From assembly GCF_006345805.1 (NCBI RefSeq), contig NC_043000.1, positions 138,818,001 through 138,882,000 on the forward strand: a stretch of 64,000 nucleotides of DNA. The letters are read 5' to 3'. The notes under the pieces are model-generated. The model made no database searches. It was not told the origin of the DNA and saw only the letters and a list, made by a program, of their open reading frames with translations. Positions 23,879-36,683 of this stretch are shown here, one piece after another. Within the stretch, counting starts at the first letter, position 1. Each line of letters starts with the position of its first letter. Both the position numbers and the translations under genes were made by a program. Origin of the DNA: Octopus sinensis (Eukaryota).

Positions 23879-26779
23879 TATTATCTCTCAGTCTTCAAAG
23901 GAAGGGCAATGCTCAATACTTTTCTACACCTCTGTCACTTGCAAGGGGAAAGGAAAATATTATCTTTAGACTAGGGCCCTGCTCAAATTCTTGCAGCATT
24001 GCAGACCACAACAAAGGAACCCAAGGTTCAGTTAGATGTCTTAAATCAGATGAAGGATTAAACTTATGACAAAAATAAACAAAGCATAGCACCTGAAACA
24101 GTCCCTCCATAAGGTTTCCATAGTTTCTCTTTAACAAATTTAACTCACAAAAATCTGGTAGATCCAAGGCTGTATTCAGAGTCATTTTCCAAAATTCACA
24201 CTCAATGGGGCTGAACTAAAGCTAATTAGTTGGAAAGTAAACTCTTTAACCAGGCAAAACCTGTGCTTATTGTAGAAATTTAAAATGTTACACATAACCA
24301 TACATATTTTTTTTGTATAAAGTGTTTATCAATACAAAGTGATATCTTACATATTTAACCATATATTTAATATACTTAAATGCAGCTTTTCTTCCTATAA
24401 AATATGCATCAAATATTTTCTTACAAAGCATTTTTGTCTTTTGTTAAATTTGAAAAAAAGCACTAAAAACATATAAGCAATTTTGCAGGGCTAAGTACTA
24501 TATAATGTTCCATTTAGTAGGCATGAAAGCCTACTAAAAGAAAATTTGTTGATTTTTATTATTTAATTAACCAAAAATCCTTCATAGGTATATATAACAA
24601 TTTCATTGACATCTGTCACTTTTCAACAAATATATAATGCTTTACTTTTTTTCTGCCAAAGTCAATAGAACTGACAGAATAATACCACTATAAAAGTTAT
24701 ATATTCATATCACATGACTATTTGTAAATATTTGTGCATGTGTGTATATATATATATATATAGCATCTTTTGTCTTTTTTTCTGCTTTTCTTATCAGAAC
24801 AGCAAGCAAACAAAAAAAAAAAAATGATCAATGTCAATATTCAGAGAGTAAAATTACAATGGAAATGAGGCATTTGAAATTGTCTTTCAGCTGTTCCTAT
24901 ATTTAAAAATGTGAATGAGAATTAAATGGGAAAAAAAAAGCATCGAAACAAAAATACTTTACTATTTATTTATATGCAATTTACATCTGCAAAAGAGATT
25001 TTTTTATGATAAATACTCTCATCAAACATTAATTTTTTTTTTATTAAATTGATTTCATATTTGAGTGCAAAAGGATTATGATATTAGCAATAAAAAAAAG
25101 AAGAGAAAATGAGAGAGTGTTTGTTGTTAGTAGCTGAAAAAAAAATATGCTGAATTGTTATTCAAGGTATAAAATTTCAAAGTCAATACTCTTTTCTGTT
25201 TAGTTCCATTAGAAAGATAAGTGATTCTACCAAGCTGACAGTATTAATATACGCTATAAGAAATATAACAAGAAATAGAGTTATTATTATTTTATTGTAT
25301 GTATTTAACAAGAAAAAAGATAAATAAAAAGGAATAGAAATACCAGCATATCGTCTTTGAGACAGTTCTGTTTGTATGTTCCCAGTAGAAAAATTTAGTT
25401 CCATTTGTTGTCGATAAATTATTTTCCCATCCTATGTCAGATTTCTCATATGCAATTTAAGAGCTGTGGGGATTTTATGCAGTCATTAATACTGGTATTA
25501 ATAACAGTGAATTTGACATCAACTGAATATCTAGTAGGTGGAGTTTTTAAAATAAACACTTGTTTGATAAAAAAAAATTTTTATTATTTCCAAAGTAAAA
25601 TTTCGATTTACATGTATAGACAAAAGATCCAATTTTCTTATGGAATTTGTGGAAAATTCAGAAGAATAAAAATTCTTGTCATTAACTGAAAAATTTCAAT
25701 AAAACAATTGAGGAATAATTAAAATTAAAATGGATATGCTCCTCACATTTCTTATCAGAATATTAAAACTCTCACTGAAATACACATACTTCTTGAAAGG
25801 GCATGAAAATTATCCATTTAATCGGGAGCTTCATTAGAAATAGTTATTCAGAATGGAAGCAGGTATGGATGTATAGTTAAGAATTTTGCATCACAGTGAA
25901 CTGAATTTTAGATTTGATTTTTCTCACTACATGACACCAACTACACAGTTTGATTAGCTCTTTATATATCACCTTCAGTATACACTGCCTTAGATGCATA
26001 TGGATCTAAGTTTTATGAGTGAAATTAGGTAGACAGAAACTATGGTAAACTTCTCAGAATGTAGTTTTGTATTTATTCTCCGTGGGTAGACTTAATATCA
26101 TAATTCAATACCTCTGTCTGTTCATTGGCTGCCTATAACAGGCTTCATACTTTTAGTTCAAGCACCTAAACCAGAAGACCAGTATAAGACTAACTTTATT
26201 TCCACTGGTGTTTTTTCTTTTTCTATTGTATTTACCTATGAGTTATGCTTTTTCTCCCTCCATTCCATTCACTAGTTTTCAAGATTCTGTAATTGTTAAT
26301 CACTGCAGACTTCTGTATTTACATATATATTTATATGTAAAGTACTGTTTTACAGCTGGTTGCCCTTATCTGGTATTAATGTTATCTTCCATGAAGTGTT
26401 GGCTAACTTTGCTGTATTTTTAGATCTGTTTAGTTGGTTTCAGCAGCAAGGAACATGATTGTTAATTTTATGAATATATAGAGGCTATTACAATGATATT
26501 CTGTAGTAGTTGTGGATAAGGGATATTCATGATGTTTATGGTGGGGATGTCAAGAGAATTACTTTTCGTTCTAGGTGAGATATTTTTCAACTCCTGTGTC
26601 ATAGTAATCATGTATTACATCTGGTCCATGGTGATCTGTGAGTATCTGTGTTAATACATAAATTTCTTGGATGTTTGAAAACACCCCTGAGTTTTTAATG
26701 CAATGCATTTATATGTAAGTGCTTCTGTGTCCCAACATATGTGTGCACTCATCACCATCATCATCACCCCACCACCACC

Positions 26780-27275
26780 ACCACCACCACCATCATTGCC
26801 ATCATCATCATCATTTAGCGTCTGTTGTCCAAGCTGGCATAGTTTGACCAGGACTGGTAACCTGAGGGGCTGCACCAAATTCCAGTCTGATTTGGCATGG
26901 TTTCTTTGACTGGATGCCCTTCCTAATGCCAACCACTCCCAGAGTGTAATGAATGCTTTTACAGACCACTGGCATGGACGCCAGTTGCATGACACCACTA
27001 TCTGTCACCACTACAATTTCACTTGGCTTGATTGGGTCTTCTTCTCTAGCACAGCACAATGCCAAAGGTCTCGGTCATTTGTCATTGCCTCATGAGGTCC
27101 AGTGCTTGAAAGGTGCTTTTTATGTGCCACTGGTATGGGTGCTAGTTATGCAACACCAGCATCAGCCACACTGCCTCCTTGCTTGAAAGGTGCTCTTTAC
27201 ATGCCTCCAGCAAGGGTGCCAGTTAGGTGACACTGACAACAGCCACAATTATGATTTCACTTGGTTTGATAATTG
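26780..27275 (-). mobile_element. Rearranged RTE 3'-end element (modules, last ORF codons, module, tail)
   Basis: EAMTNDRDLWHCAVLEK-like codons at ~27090-27030, GGTGC..TTTA(T/C)(G/A)TGCC modules, RTE tail and (CAT)n. Confidence 0.75.
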
Positions 27276-28019
27276 TATTTTTTATGCAAATATTTTTAAA
27301 ATGTGTACGCAGTAACACTTTTAAGACCTTATTCAGTGTTTTGCAAAGGGAAAATGTCGAAACATCTTTATTTTAGACTAACGGTATAGTTAAAGACCCA
27401 AGGTGATTTATTGTTCTTCATAAAAGCAGCTGTGCGTTAGTTATAGCAATTGTAATGTTCCATAGGCAGAGATAGTTATTCATTCTTAAAGGTTCAGTAA
27501 AAAGTGAAGAATGATAACAATCAACAGTAGACAAATAAAGTGTTAAACACTGCTAAAGGGAGAAAATTAGCAGTGGTAGTCTGAGGGTGAATTCATGATG
27601 CTGTAGACATGCTCTGATTGTGCACTCAGCGCCAGAGGAGGATCTTTGCTATGAGTGGTATGCTATGTATCTATGGTACAGAGAGTGATTTGGCTATCAG
27701 AGGATTAAGGGTATCTGCTTATTGAAAACACTCTGAGAATGAAGCAGTCTCTATAATGCTACAGAGTTTAGGAATCAAGGGAGCATATTCTGATCAGATT
27801 GATGGAAATAGAAGATGAGAGTGGGTTTATAAGTCAAAAGGATTATTAAAGATCTTTGTTATTCATAGACATTGTATTTTAAAAGTAAAGTACATTTAAA
27901 AACTATTCTTTTTCGATATATAATTTATAGTTCCCCTCTTTGCTAAGCTCAGGTCACAAGAACTCATTAAACAAAGCTTTTGCTTAATTAAAACTGAAAT
28001 TTATATATATCTCTTATCT

Positions 28020-28375
28020 TTTATTTTTTTTTATTGTTTTAGTTATTTGACTGCAGCCATGCTGATGCACCTTCTTGAAGGATATTTTAGTGGAACAATT
28101 CGTCCTTAGGACTTATTTTTTGGTTTAAGCCTGACACTTATACCTATTGGTTTCTTTTCCTGAACTGCTACGTTACAGTGATGTAAACACACCAACACTG
28201 GTTGTTAAGCAATTGTGGGAGAGACATGCACATATATCAATATATACACGATGGGCTTCTTTCCGTTTTGGTCGGTCCAAGGCTATAGTAGAAGACACTT
28301 GCTCAAGGTGTTGCACGGTGAGACTGAAACCAGAACCAGGTGATTGGGAAGCAAGCTTTTTACCCCACAGTGAGT
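28020..28375 (-). mobile_element. Degenerate SINE family A
   Basis: Diverged family A motifs. Confidence 0.75.
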
Positions 28376-28399
28376 GGGTGCTGAAAGGTTTCTGGTTTT

Positions 28400-28588
28400 A
28401 ATAGTCTTGTGAATAGACTTGATGGAGGCCCAACCTTGCGAGTTCTTTTACAGGGCTTAGAGAAACTGAAGGACCATTACAATAAGTGTGTGGATCTGAG
28501 AGGGGAATATGTTGAATAAAATCATTATTAACTGATCCTCCTGTATTTTCTTATACCTAAAGCTAGGAACTTTTCAGTACACCTCATA
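28400..28588 (+). pseudogene. Mariner 3' end (transposase C-terminus and terminal repeat)
   Basis: GLEKLKDHYNKCVDLRGEYVE* followed by AACTTTTCAGTACACCTCA-TA. Confidence 0.75.
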
Positions 28589-28592
28589 TAAA

Positions 28593-29547
28593 TATTCTTT
28601 TATTTGTTCCAGTCATTTGACTGTGGCCATGCTGGGGCACCACCTTTAGGCGAGCAAATTGACCTCAGTACAAATTGAGCCTAGAACTTATTCTATCGGT
28701 CTCTCTTGCCGAACTGCTAGGTGACGGGGATGTAAACACACCAGTATCGGTTATCAAGCGATGTGGGGGGAGGGACAAACACAGACACACAAATATATAC
28801 ATACATACACATACACAACGGGCTTCTTTCAGTTTCTGTCTACCAAATCCACTCACAAGGCTTTGGTCGGCCTGAGGCTATAGTAGAAGACACTTGCCCA
28901 AGGTGCCGTGCAGTGGAACTGAACCCAGAACCATGTGGTTGGTAAGCAAGCTACTTACCACACAGCCACACCTGCACCTATATACACATAAATATATACA
29001 TGGTGGGTTTCCACATAGTTTCTAACTGCCAAATTTGCTCACAAGATATTGGTTGGCCCAGAGCTATAACAGGAAACACTTGGCCATGATACTGCACAAT
29101 GGTACTGAACCCAAAACCAAAGGCCAGCTTCTTAATCACATGGTCATATGTAGTAAGCAAGCAGTAATTAAGTAATACTCTTTTACTTGTTTCAGCCATT
29201 TGACTGTAGCCAGTACTTAGTTTTTGTAAGCCTAGTACTTATTCTATCGGTCTCTTATGCTGAACTGCTAAGTTACGGGGATGTAAACACACCAACTTCG
29301 GTTGTCAAGCAATGCTGGGGAGACAAACACAGATACACAAACATATACACACACATACATATATATACATATACATATATACGATGGGCTTCTTTCAGTT
29401 TCCGTCTACCAAATCCACTCACAAGGCTTTGGTCGGCCCAAGTCTAAAGTAGATGGCACTTGCTCAAGGTGTCACGCAGCTGGTCTGAACCTGGAACTAT
29501 GTGGTTGGTAAGCAAGCTACTTACCACACAACCACTCCTGCACCTAA
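28593..29547 (-). mobile_element. Cluster of family A SINEs (28593-28980, partial 28981-29160, 29178-29547)
   Basis: Consecutive family A tails and heads in the same orientation. Confidence 0.87.
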
Positions 29548-31261
29548 TGTTGACATATTTAATGTAAAGAACATTAAAAATCTTTTAGGGACAAAACATC
29601 AATATCAGAAAAGGTCTAATGTTTAATATACATTTTCTTCATGATTCTTAAACATTACTTTGGCAAGTAAGATGAAGACGATGTTTTTGCTGATGATGTT
29701 ATAAAACAGAAATATGTTCTGATTTATTTCTTGTAATTGTCGAAGTAATTAAAACAACATCAGCATCTAACACGTTTTTTTTTTTTTACCATATAATTAT
29801 TCTTTTTTAATGCTCTTAACTTAACTATTGCTAGCACTAACTTAACTATTGTATTTTCATTCAGATGGCATCTCTGAATTATTCTCTGATAAGTGACTGC
29901 ATTCTTTATAATCTCAGGCTTCTTGTGAAAAGAGAATAAATAGCTTTATTTTGTTTCCTTTGCCTTTTGACATGTGTTGATTTCTTGTAATAATCCAACT
30001 CTCTGTAAACCTGTTGAAGAATATCTTATTTCTTTTAGATAGATTTTTACAGTAGGAAATTTGCTGAAGGGAACTGATTAATTGCACAATAATTGTTTTC
30101 TATTTTGTGGCTCTCAGTAATTTTACTTGGAAATAAACATTCTTTATTTCCCAATAAAATCTTTCTTTATGGTGCATTGCAGCAGAAGAAAATGAAGCAA
30201 AACAAATTTTGTTTTCTTTAATTATTATCAATTTACTTCTTGTCAGTTGATCTTTCTGTATGGTGATAGTAAAATTCCTTCTCATGCCTAGTTGTTAAGG
30301 CTTGTCTTTCTCTGGTTAGCATACACTAAATAGATAAGAGACAATTCTTTTCATGGACAGAACATAAGTGTCTTGAGAGTTGATACGTGAATAACTATCT
30401 GCTGTATATCAGAATTTATTGAAGTAAGATGGTTTATTTATTTATTTAATTCCTAACAGGCATGATATAAAATCTCCCCATCTCTAATCTCTTTGAGGAT
30501 AATCTAAAATTCAATTTAATTCTAATAATAGGATTGCAAATTTAACATTTCCAGAGTGAAATAATATCATCAAATAATAACAAAAAGTAAATTCAAGATA
30601 TTATTTATCAAATTTATTCCAATAATATAAAGCTTATCTTTTCAAAATACCCTCACACCAGTTTATATATATATATATTTTTCTTTTTGGCTTTAGATTG
30701 TTAGAAAGTAAAACATCGACTGTTAATTTGTATGGAATTCATAGAATTGAGAAATGTGTGAAAAGTTCTCATTGCTCCAGGTGTATGAAATCAAATACTG
30801 TAAATGTTTACATTGTCAAGAGAATAAACAGATTATGAAGTAATCTGAAAGAACACAAGTCACATAATCAGCATCAGTAACAGTCATATTTCCCAAATCA
30901 TTGATCATAACGCCTAATTGAAAAATGATCCTTTGGAGGAAGCTTCTACCTGGTCATTTGTTATGCTAGAAATAGCAGCCACATATGTCTTAGATCACAC
31001 TTCCATCATCATTAGCAGCAGAAGCATTGTTTTAATGTTCACGTTGCTATGTTTGCATGAGTCAGATTGAACTTTTTGTTGCAGATTTTCCGATGGCAAG
31101 ATGCTCCTCTTGTTACTAACCCTCTTTTGTTTCCAAGCAAAGGGATATTTCATCTTGGTGACACAATGTTTCAATGGAAAGCTGGAAATGACACCACCCG
31201 TCTGATAGTGATGTTTGTTTGCCTCCCTCTAGTGATATCAAGGCAAAGAGACACAAACACA

Positions 31262-31505
31262 GAAACACACACACACATGTAGGCTCTCACATACACACAC
31301 ACACATGTAGGCTCTCACATACACACATTTTCTCTCTCTCTCTCTTACACATACATACATACATACATACATACATACACACATACATACATACAAACAT
31401 ACATAGATACATACATACATACATACATACATACATACACATGCATACATGCATACGTACATACATACATACATACATACATACATACATACATACATAC
31501 ATACA
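31262..31505. repeat. Compound (CA)n/(CT)n/(TACA)n microsatellite
   Basis: Visible directly; source of ORFs 31219..31542, 31238..31537 and 31287..31502. Confidence 0.95.
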
Positions 31506-31610
31506 AAAATACCCTGTTGCTGATATTGAAAATCCAATGTAGGAGCCTTGGATCTAGGTTAGAAACCGGTTCTTTCTCTATTAGCTAAGAATCTTGAAAT
31601 AAACTGAATA

Positions 31611-33200
31611 ATGATATACATACATGAACAGGCCGGAGGAAAGAAGGGAGTTTGGGGAAGTACCAAACAACTTTTGATAAACAAAGCTGTACTGTCTGAA
31701 GGGATAAAACATCATAGGAGCCTTCTGACAGTATGGCTTGATTATAGGAAGGGATATGATTCTATTTCCTACTCATGGCTGCTGAAGTATCTCCTATTGG
31801 CAAAATTGACTGTCACATTAATTGCTGCCATTGAGAGATTTAGAAAGACCTGGGTAATAATTCTTGCACTTAAAACTCAGAAAGATCATCTACACTGTTA
31901 TAAATATTTCAAAGGGAATATTCCAAGGAGATAGAAATTCGGAAATTCTATTCATTTTGTCATTATATCCATTGACATTCCTGCTACAAAAATCAAATGG
32001 CTACATGCTAGTGTCTGCAACAGTTGGAGATATGAACATAACCTATGATTTCTTTGTGGATGACCTCAAAATTTATGCTAAAAACATTAGCAATGCCAAA
32101 AAACTGCAAGAATTAATTTTTTCAGCTGACACAGGGATGGTATTTGATGAAAAGATATACCCTCTTTACTCTTTTACTTGTTTCAGTCATTTGACTGCGG
32201 CCATGCTGGAGCACTGCCTTTAATCGAGCAACTCGACCCCGGGACTTATTCTTTTGTAAGCCCAGTACTTATTCTATCGGTCTCTTTTGCCGAACCGCTA
32301 AGTAACGGGGACATAAACACACCAGCATCGGTTGTCAAGCAATGTTAGGGGGACAAACACAGACACACAAACACACGCACGCATATATATATATCATCAT
32401 CATCGTCGTTTAACGTCCGCTTTCCATGCTAGCATGGGTTGGACGGTTCAACATTATATATATAAGACGGGCTTCTTTCAGTTTCCCTCTACCAAATCCA
32501 CTCACAAGGCTTTGGTCGACCCGAGGCTATAGTAGAAGGCACTTGCCCAAGTTGCCACGCAGTGGGACTGAACCCGGAACCATGAGGCTGGTAAACAAGC
32601 TACTTACCACACAGCCACCTTTGTGCCTATAGCCACTCCTGCGCCTATGTTCATATTTGATTGATAAATGGGGAAAAATCAGTCCTCCAAACTCAAAACC
32701 TGTGCATCAATAGTTTCACTGTCTCTCCTGTTCTACACAAAAAATGTAACAAGTTCCTAGGCATTGATAAAAACATATCATATGAAGGTGAATAAAGACC
32801 GAGAGACCAGAAAATATTATGTCAGACTTAGAAAAATATGGCAGTCTGAACTCTCCTCTTACAACAATGCATTTGCAGTACCAGGGCTGATTCCAACATT
32901 TTGGATACTTAAATTGTCTTTAGAGGAAATTCACTCCATACACGGTAATATGCACAAGATAGTCATATCAGCTGAAAAATCTCCACAGAAACAGTGATGT
33001 CAACATTTTGGATACTTAAATTGTCTTTAGAGGAAATTCACTCCATACACGGTAATATGCACAAGATAGTCATATCAATGGAAAAATCTCCACAGAAACA
33101 GTGATGTCAACAGGTTCTACCTAAGAAAAAACGAAGGAGATAGGGGCTTGAGATAAGAGCAGACAGCCTTCAAATTTCATATAATCTCTCTCATACAGCA
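31611..33200 (+). pseudogene. Non-LTR retrotransposon RT fragment, R4/Dong-like, interrupted by a SINE (32162-32648)
   Basis: EQAGGKKGVWGSTKQLLINK, WLDYRKGYDS, KGIFQGD, FVDDLKIYAK, then RLRKIWQSELSSYN..NAFAVP. Clade assigned from recalled motif pattern. Confidence 0.82.
32162..32648 (-). mobile_element. SINE family A with an RTE-tail fragment nested in its microsatellite (~32395-32450)
   Basis: CATCATCATCGTCGTTTAACGTCCGCTTTCCATGCTAGCATGGGTTGGACGG lies inside the (TA)n. Confidence 0.88.
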
Positions 33201-33210
33201 GCAATAATAT

Positions 33211-33616
33211 ATTTCTTTACTACCCACAAGGGGCTAAGCACAGAGTGGACAAACAAGGACAGACAGACAGATTAAGTCGATTACATCGACCCCCCAGTGC
33301 GTAACTGGTACTTAATTTATCGACCCCGAAAAGATGAAAGGCAAAGTCGACCTCGGCGGAATTTGAACCCAGAACGTAACTACAGACGAAATACGGCTAC
33401 GCATTTCGCCCGGTGTGCTAACGTTTCTGCCAGTTCGCCGCCTTACATCATCATCATCATCATCATCGTTTAGCGTCTGTTTTCCATGCTAGCATGGGTT
33501 GGACGGTTCAACTGGGGTCTGTGAAGCCAGAAGGCATTATCAGGCCTAGTCAGATCTGGCAGTGTTTCTACGGCTGGATGCCCTTCCTAATGCCAACCAC
33601 TCCGTAAGTGTAGTGG
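33211..33616 (-). mobile_element. SINE family B (33211-33441) abutting an RTE tail (33446-33616)
   Basis: Both motif sets present. Confidence 0.85.
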
Positions 33617-35868
33617 GCAGCAATAATAGACAAACAACAGTAGCAATAATAGACAAATAAAATGGATGCTGTAAAGGGAAGAAGAACGATATTTTATGAG
33701 TTGGCAGTGTGCAAGTGCTCTCTCCCTGATATCCTCCCATACAACTCCAAAACAGGCAGACTAACACACCTCAAAGAAGACCTAGATGTCAAACACTCAG
33801 CATACTAAAAAAGAACACGTGGATAACGTCATTATTATTGTAATTCTAACATATAAGTAGTTTATCACAATATTGCATTTACTTTTTTGAGAGACAAAGA
33901 TTGAAAACAATGCATCAGTCCTTGGACCATAGTACCCATATAAGATTTCCCATCATCCCCTGAGGGTAGTACTACTTACTTTGAGAAGAAGCATTGGTGT
34001 AGAGTTAGACAGTGGTAATCAGCATTATTTACTTTCTTCTTAATCTGCGTCTGAATCTTTGTTAAAACATATTTGATGACTTAAATTTTTTCTGATCTGT
34101 ACAGCTTATCACAAATTTCTGTAATGCATTTGTCAAAATTTTAAATATACATAATGCTGGCTTAAAATGAAGTCACAGATGATAGAAGAATGAACCAAAG
34201 TGACATATGTTGAATTTATTGAAGTGAAAATAGCAAGGAGAAAGCTGTATGGAATAAATATGAAGATGAAAGGAGACATTGACAGCTGCATGTCAGTTCT
34301 AATGTACGAATGTAGCAGTTGAGGAATAAAATATATTTTAGTATGAAAAATGAGAAGTTGTTGAAATTCTAATAAACGTTATAAGCACCAGTTTTAGACG
34401 GAAGAGAGAAACACATTTACTGATCTGTCTGAAACCATAGATCTATAAGTTACCAGGTGATAGAAATGGATAGATACCAGTGATAGGCTTGTTACTTTGA
34501 AGTCTTGAATTGGGGTTTATAATGTTTGGTATCATTTGCATTAAAATTGTAGCAGTTAAATCATGATTGGAAATTCTTTGAAGAAATTCTTCATTTTCTG
34601 TAATAATATATTTGACAAAGGAAATAAATGTAGACAATGTTTTTACAACAAATTTAATGCTTTTTCCCATTATGATCATTAGCAGTAGCATCTTACAATG
34701 TCTGTTCTTCCATGCTGGTTTAGGTTGGATTGCTTTCATAAAGCGGTGCTCTACAGCAGGATGCCCTTCTTGCAATCAGCTCTTTTTGTAATTTCTTATG
34801 ATATGCAGTGACACAACTATACTCATGGTAATGTTCTTTTAATTAAATGAAATGCAAATTATTCTTTGACCATTAGTATTAGCATCAGTGGACAAATGCA
34901 TGCAGTAAATATAATCTGTTCATGAGAGATACTTTTGGATTAATTCTTAATAGTTGTTTTTACAGGATTCTGTTGCTAACAACAAGCTAGTTAGAGAATT
35001 TTAGAACTGGTGATTATGACGAAAGCCAAGAGATCATAATTTGTCAAAAACCTCATTAACATTTGACCTGACAAATGACCAAGATTTATTTTGATATGCA
35101 ATGTTGTAGTCCCTTAAATTTTATTATATGAAGAGAAATTACTCTATTAATTATCTTTAGATGACACTACATGAACATTTCTCATTAACCCATATATACA
35201 TACACATACAGACACTTTATAAATAAACACCCACAGACATGTATGTATTGATGTATACAGCTTCACTAATATAAGTATATGAAGCTTACATATACTTAGA
35301 TGCAGGTGTTCTCATGCACAGAAGTGCATACTTCAGTGTGTATATTCCCTTAGACACACATGCTATTGCATGCACTGACAGAAATGTTACCCTCAGCCAA
35401 ATATCCATAGTCACAAGGTAGGTTTATATATAACCAAGAATACACGTATATACACTCACACACACACATGCACACATGCACACATATCGATTGGGTCATG
35501 GAATATAAATATACAGATACAATAAATGAAGCATTCCTACATGTGTCCATACTAATATAATCACACCTCAAGAAGAAAACTTGCACATGCTAATTATGTA
35601 CAGACACATACACATACATGAAGCACATTTGTATGTGTATTCATTCCTTTATAAGAGCAAGCTTGTTGATGGTTGTTCAACAAAGTAGAAATAGCAGCCA
35701 CTTCTCCCCCAAATCTTAACGTGCTGACTGAAAAACAGAAAGAACCAATGGATAAAATTCGGCATCTGGAAAAAAAGTAATAAGTGAATTCTGATGAGTT
35801 TTAAATCTAACAAAACTATATAGTTTGACCCTTATTACAAGTTATAATTTAATCAAGTCTTAATTTCA

Positions 35869-36220
35869 TTTTTGGATTTGGTTTGCAAGATTCTTTATAT
35901 GAGTTCGTGCGTTGAAGCATATTCTGTTGTGTCTGGGGAGAGTCATTTTCATTTTGTGCCTTATAATGTAACACACTCACTGGTAAAATGTCCACTGATT
36001 CCTTATTTTTATTTTCCTAAAACTTTCGTTGCATGTTGCAACCTTTTCAATAGTCTTGACTTTTCAATAGTCAAGACTATTGAAAAGGTTGCAAGATGCA
36101 ACGAAAATTTTAGGAAAATAAAAATAAGAAATAAGAGGAAATTTTACCAGTGAGTGTGTTACATTATAAGGCACAAAAAGAAAATGAATCTCCCCAGACA
36201 CAACAGAAGTCTTAATTTCA
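35869..36220. mobile_element. Penelope-like inverted pseudo-LTR pair flanked by a 14-bp direct repeat
   Basis: 139-bp arms at 35922-36060 and 36070-36208 (8 mismatches by eye). AAGTCTTAATTTCA at 35855-35868 and 36207-36220. Hammerhead-like motif next to the axis. Confidence 0.75.
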
Positions 36221-36339
36221 CATGACAAAATTTATATTTATTTTATATAAGTGTATTTTCACTGGTTTTCTTTGTGTTAATATCACTATATTCAACTTTT
36301 ATGCACAGAGTGCTTCTGTTGAAGTCTGACTTTTGTGCT

Positions 36340-36683
36340 TGTGCGTGCGGCATGCCCATACTGGTGACACCTTTTGAGCATTGGGTTTCATGAAGGCAAC
36401 GTGGCTGATGTCAGTGCTGTGTAGCTAGCACCTGTGCTGGTGACACATAAAAGGCACCTTTTGAGTAATGGGTCTCATGGAGGCAATGACAAATGACCGA
36501 GATCTTTGGCAATATGCTCTGCTTGAGAAGACTTATTAAGCCAAGTGAAATCAGAGTCACGGAGACACTGGTATCACACAACTGGCCCCTGTGCTGGTGG
36601 CATGCAAAAGCACCCATTACACTCTCAGAGTGGTTAGCATTAGGTAGGGCATCCAGCTGTAAAAACCATGCAAAATCAGACTG
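36340..36683 (+). mobile_element. RTE 3'-end element (modules, MTNDRDLWQYALLEKT codons, partial tail)
   Basis: Same layout as 26780-27275 but on the plus strand. Confidence 0.75.

Noticed and set aside
25345-25445. Minus-strand frame KSDIGWENNLSTTNGTKFFYWEHTNRTVSK as an exon
   Set aside because: The best upstream acceptor gives stops in all three frames.
26340-26640. Possible decayed Penelope RT fragment on the minus strand
   Set aside because: Only faint motif similarity (SLDI..NIP); too degenerate to support.
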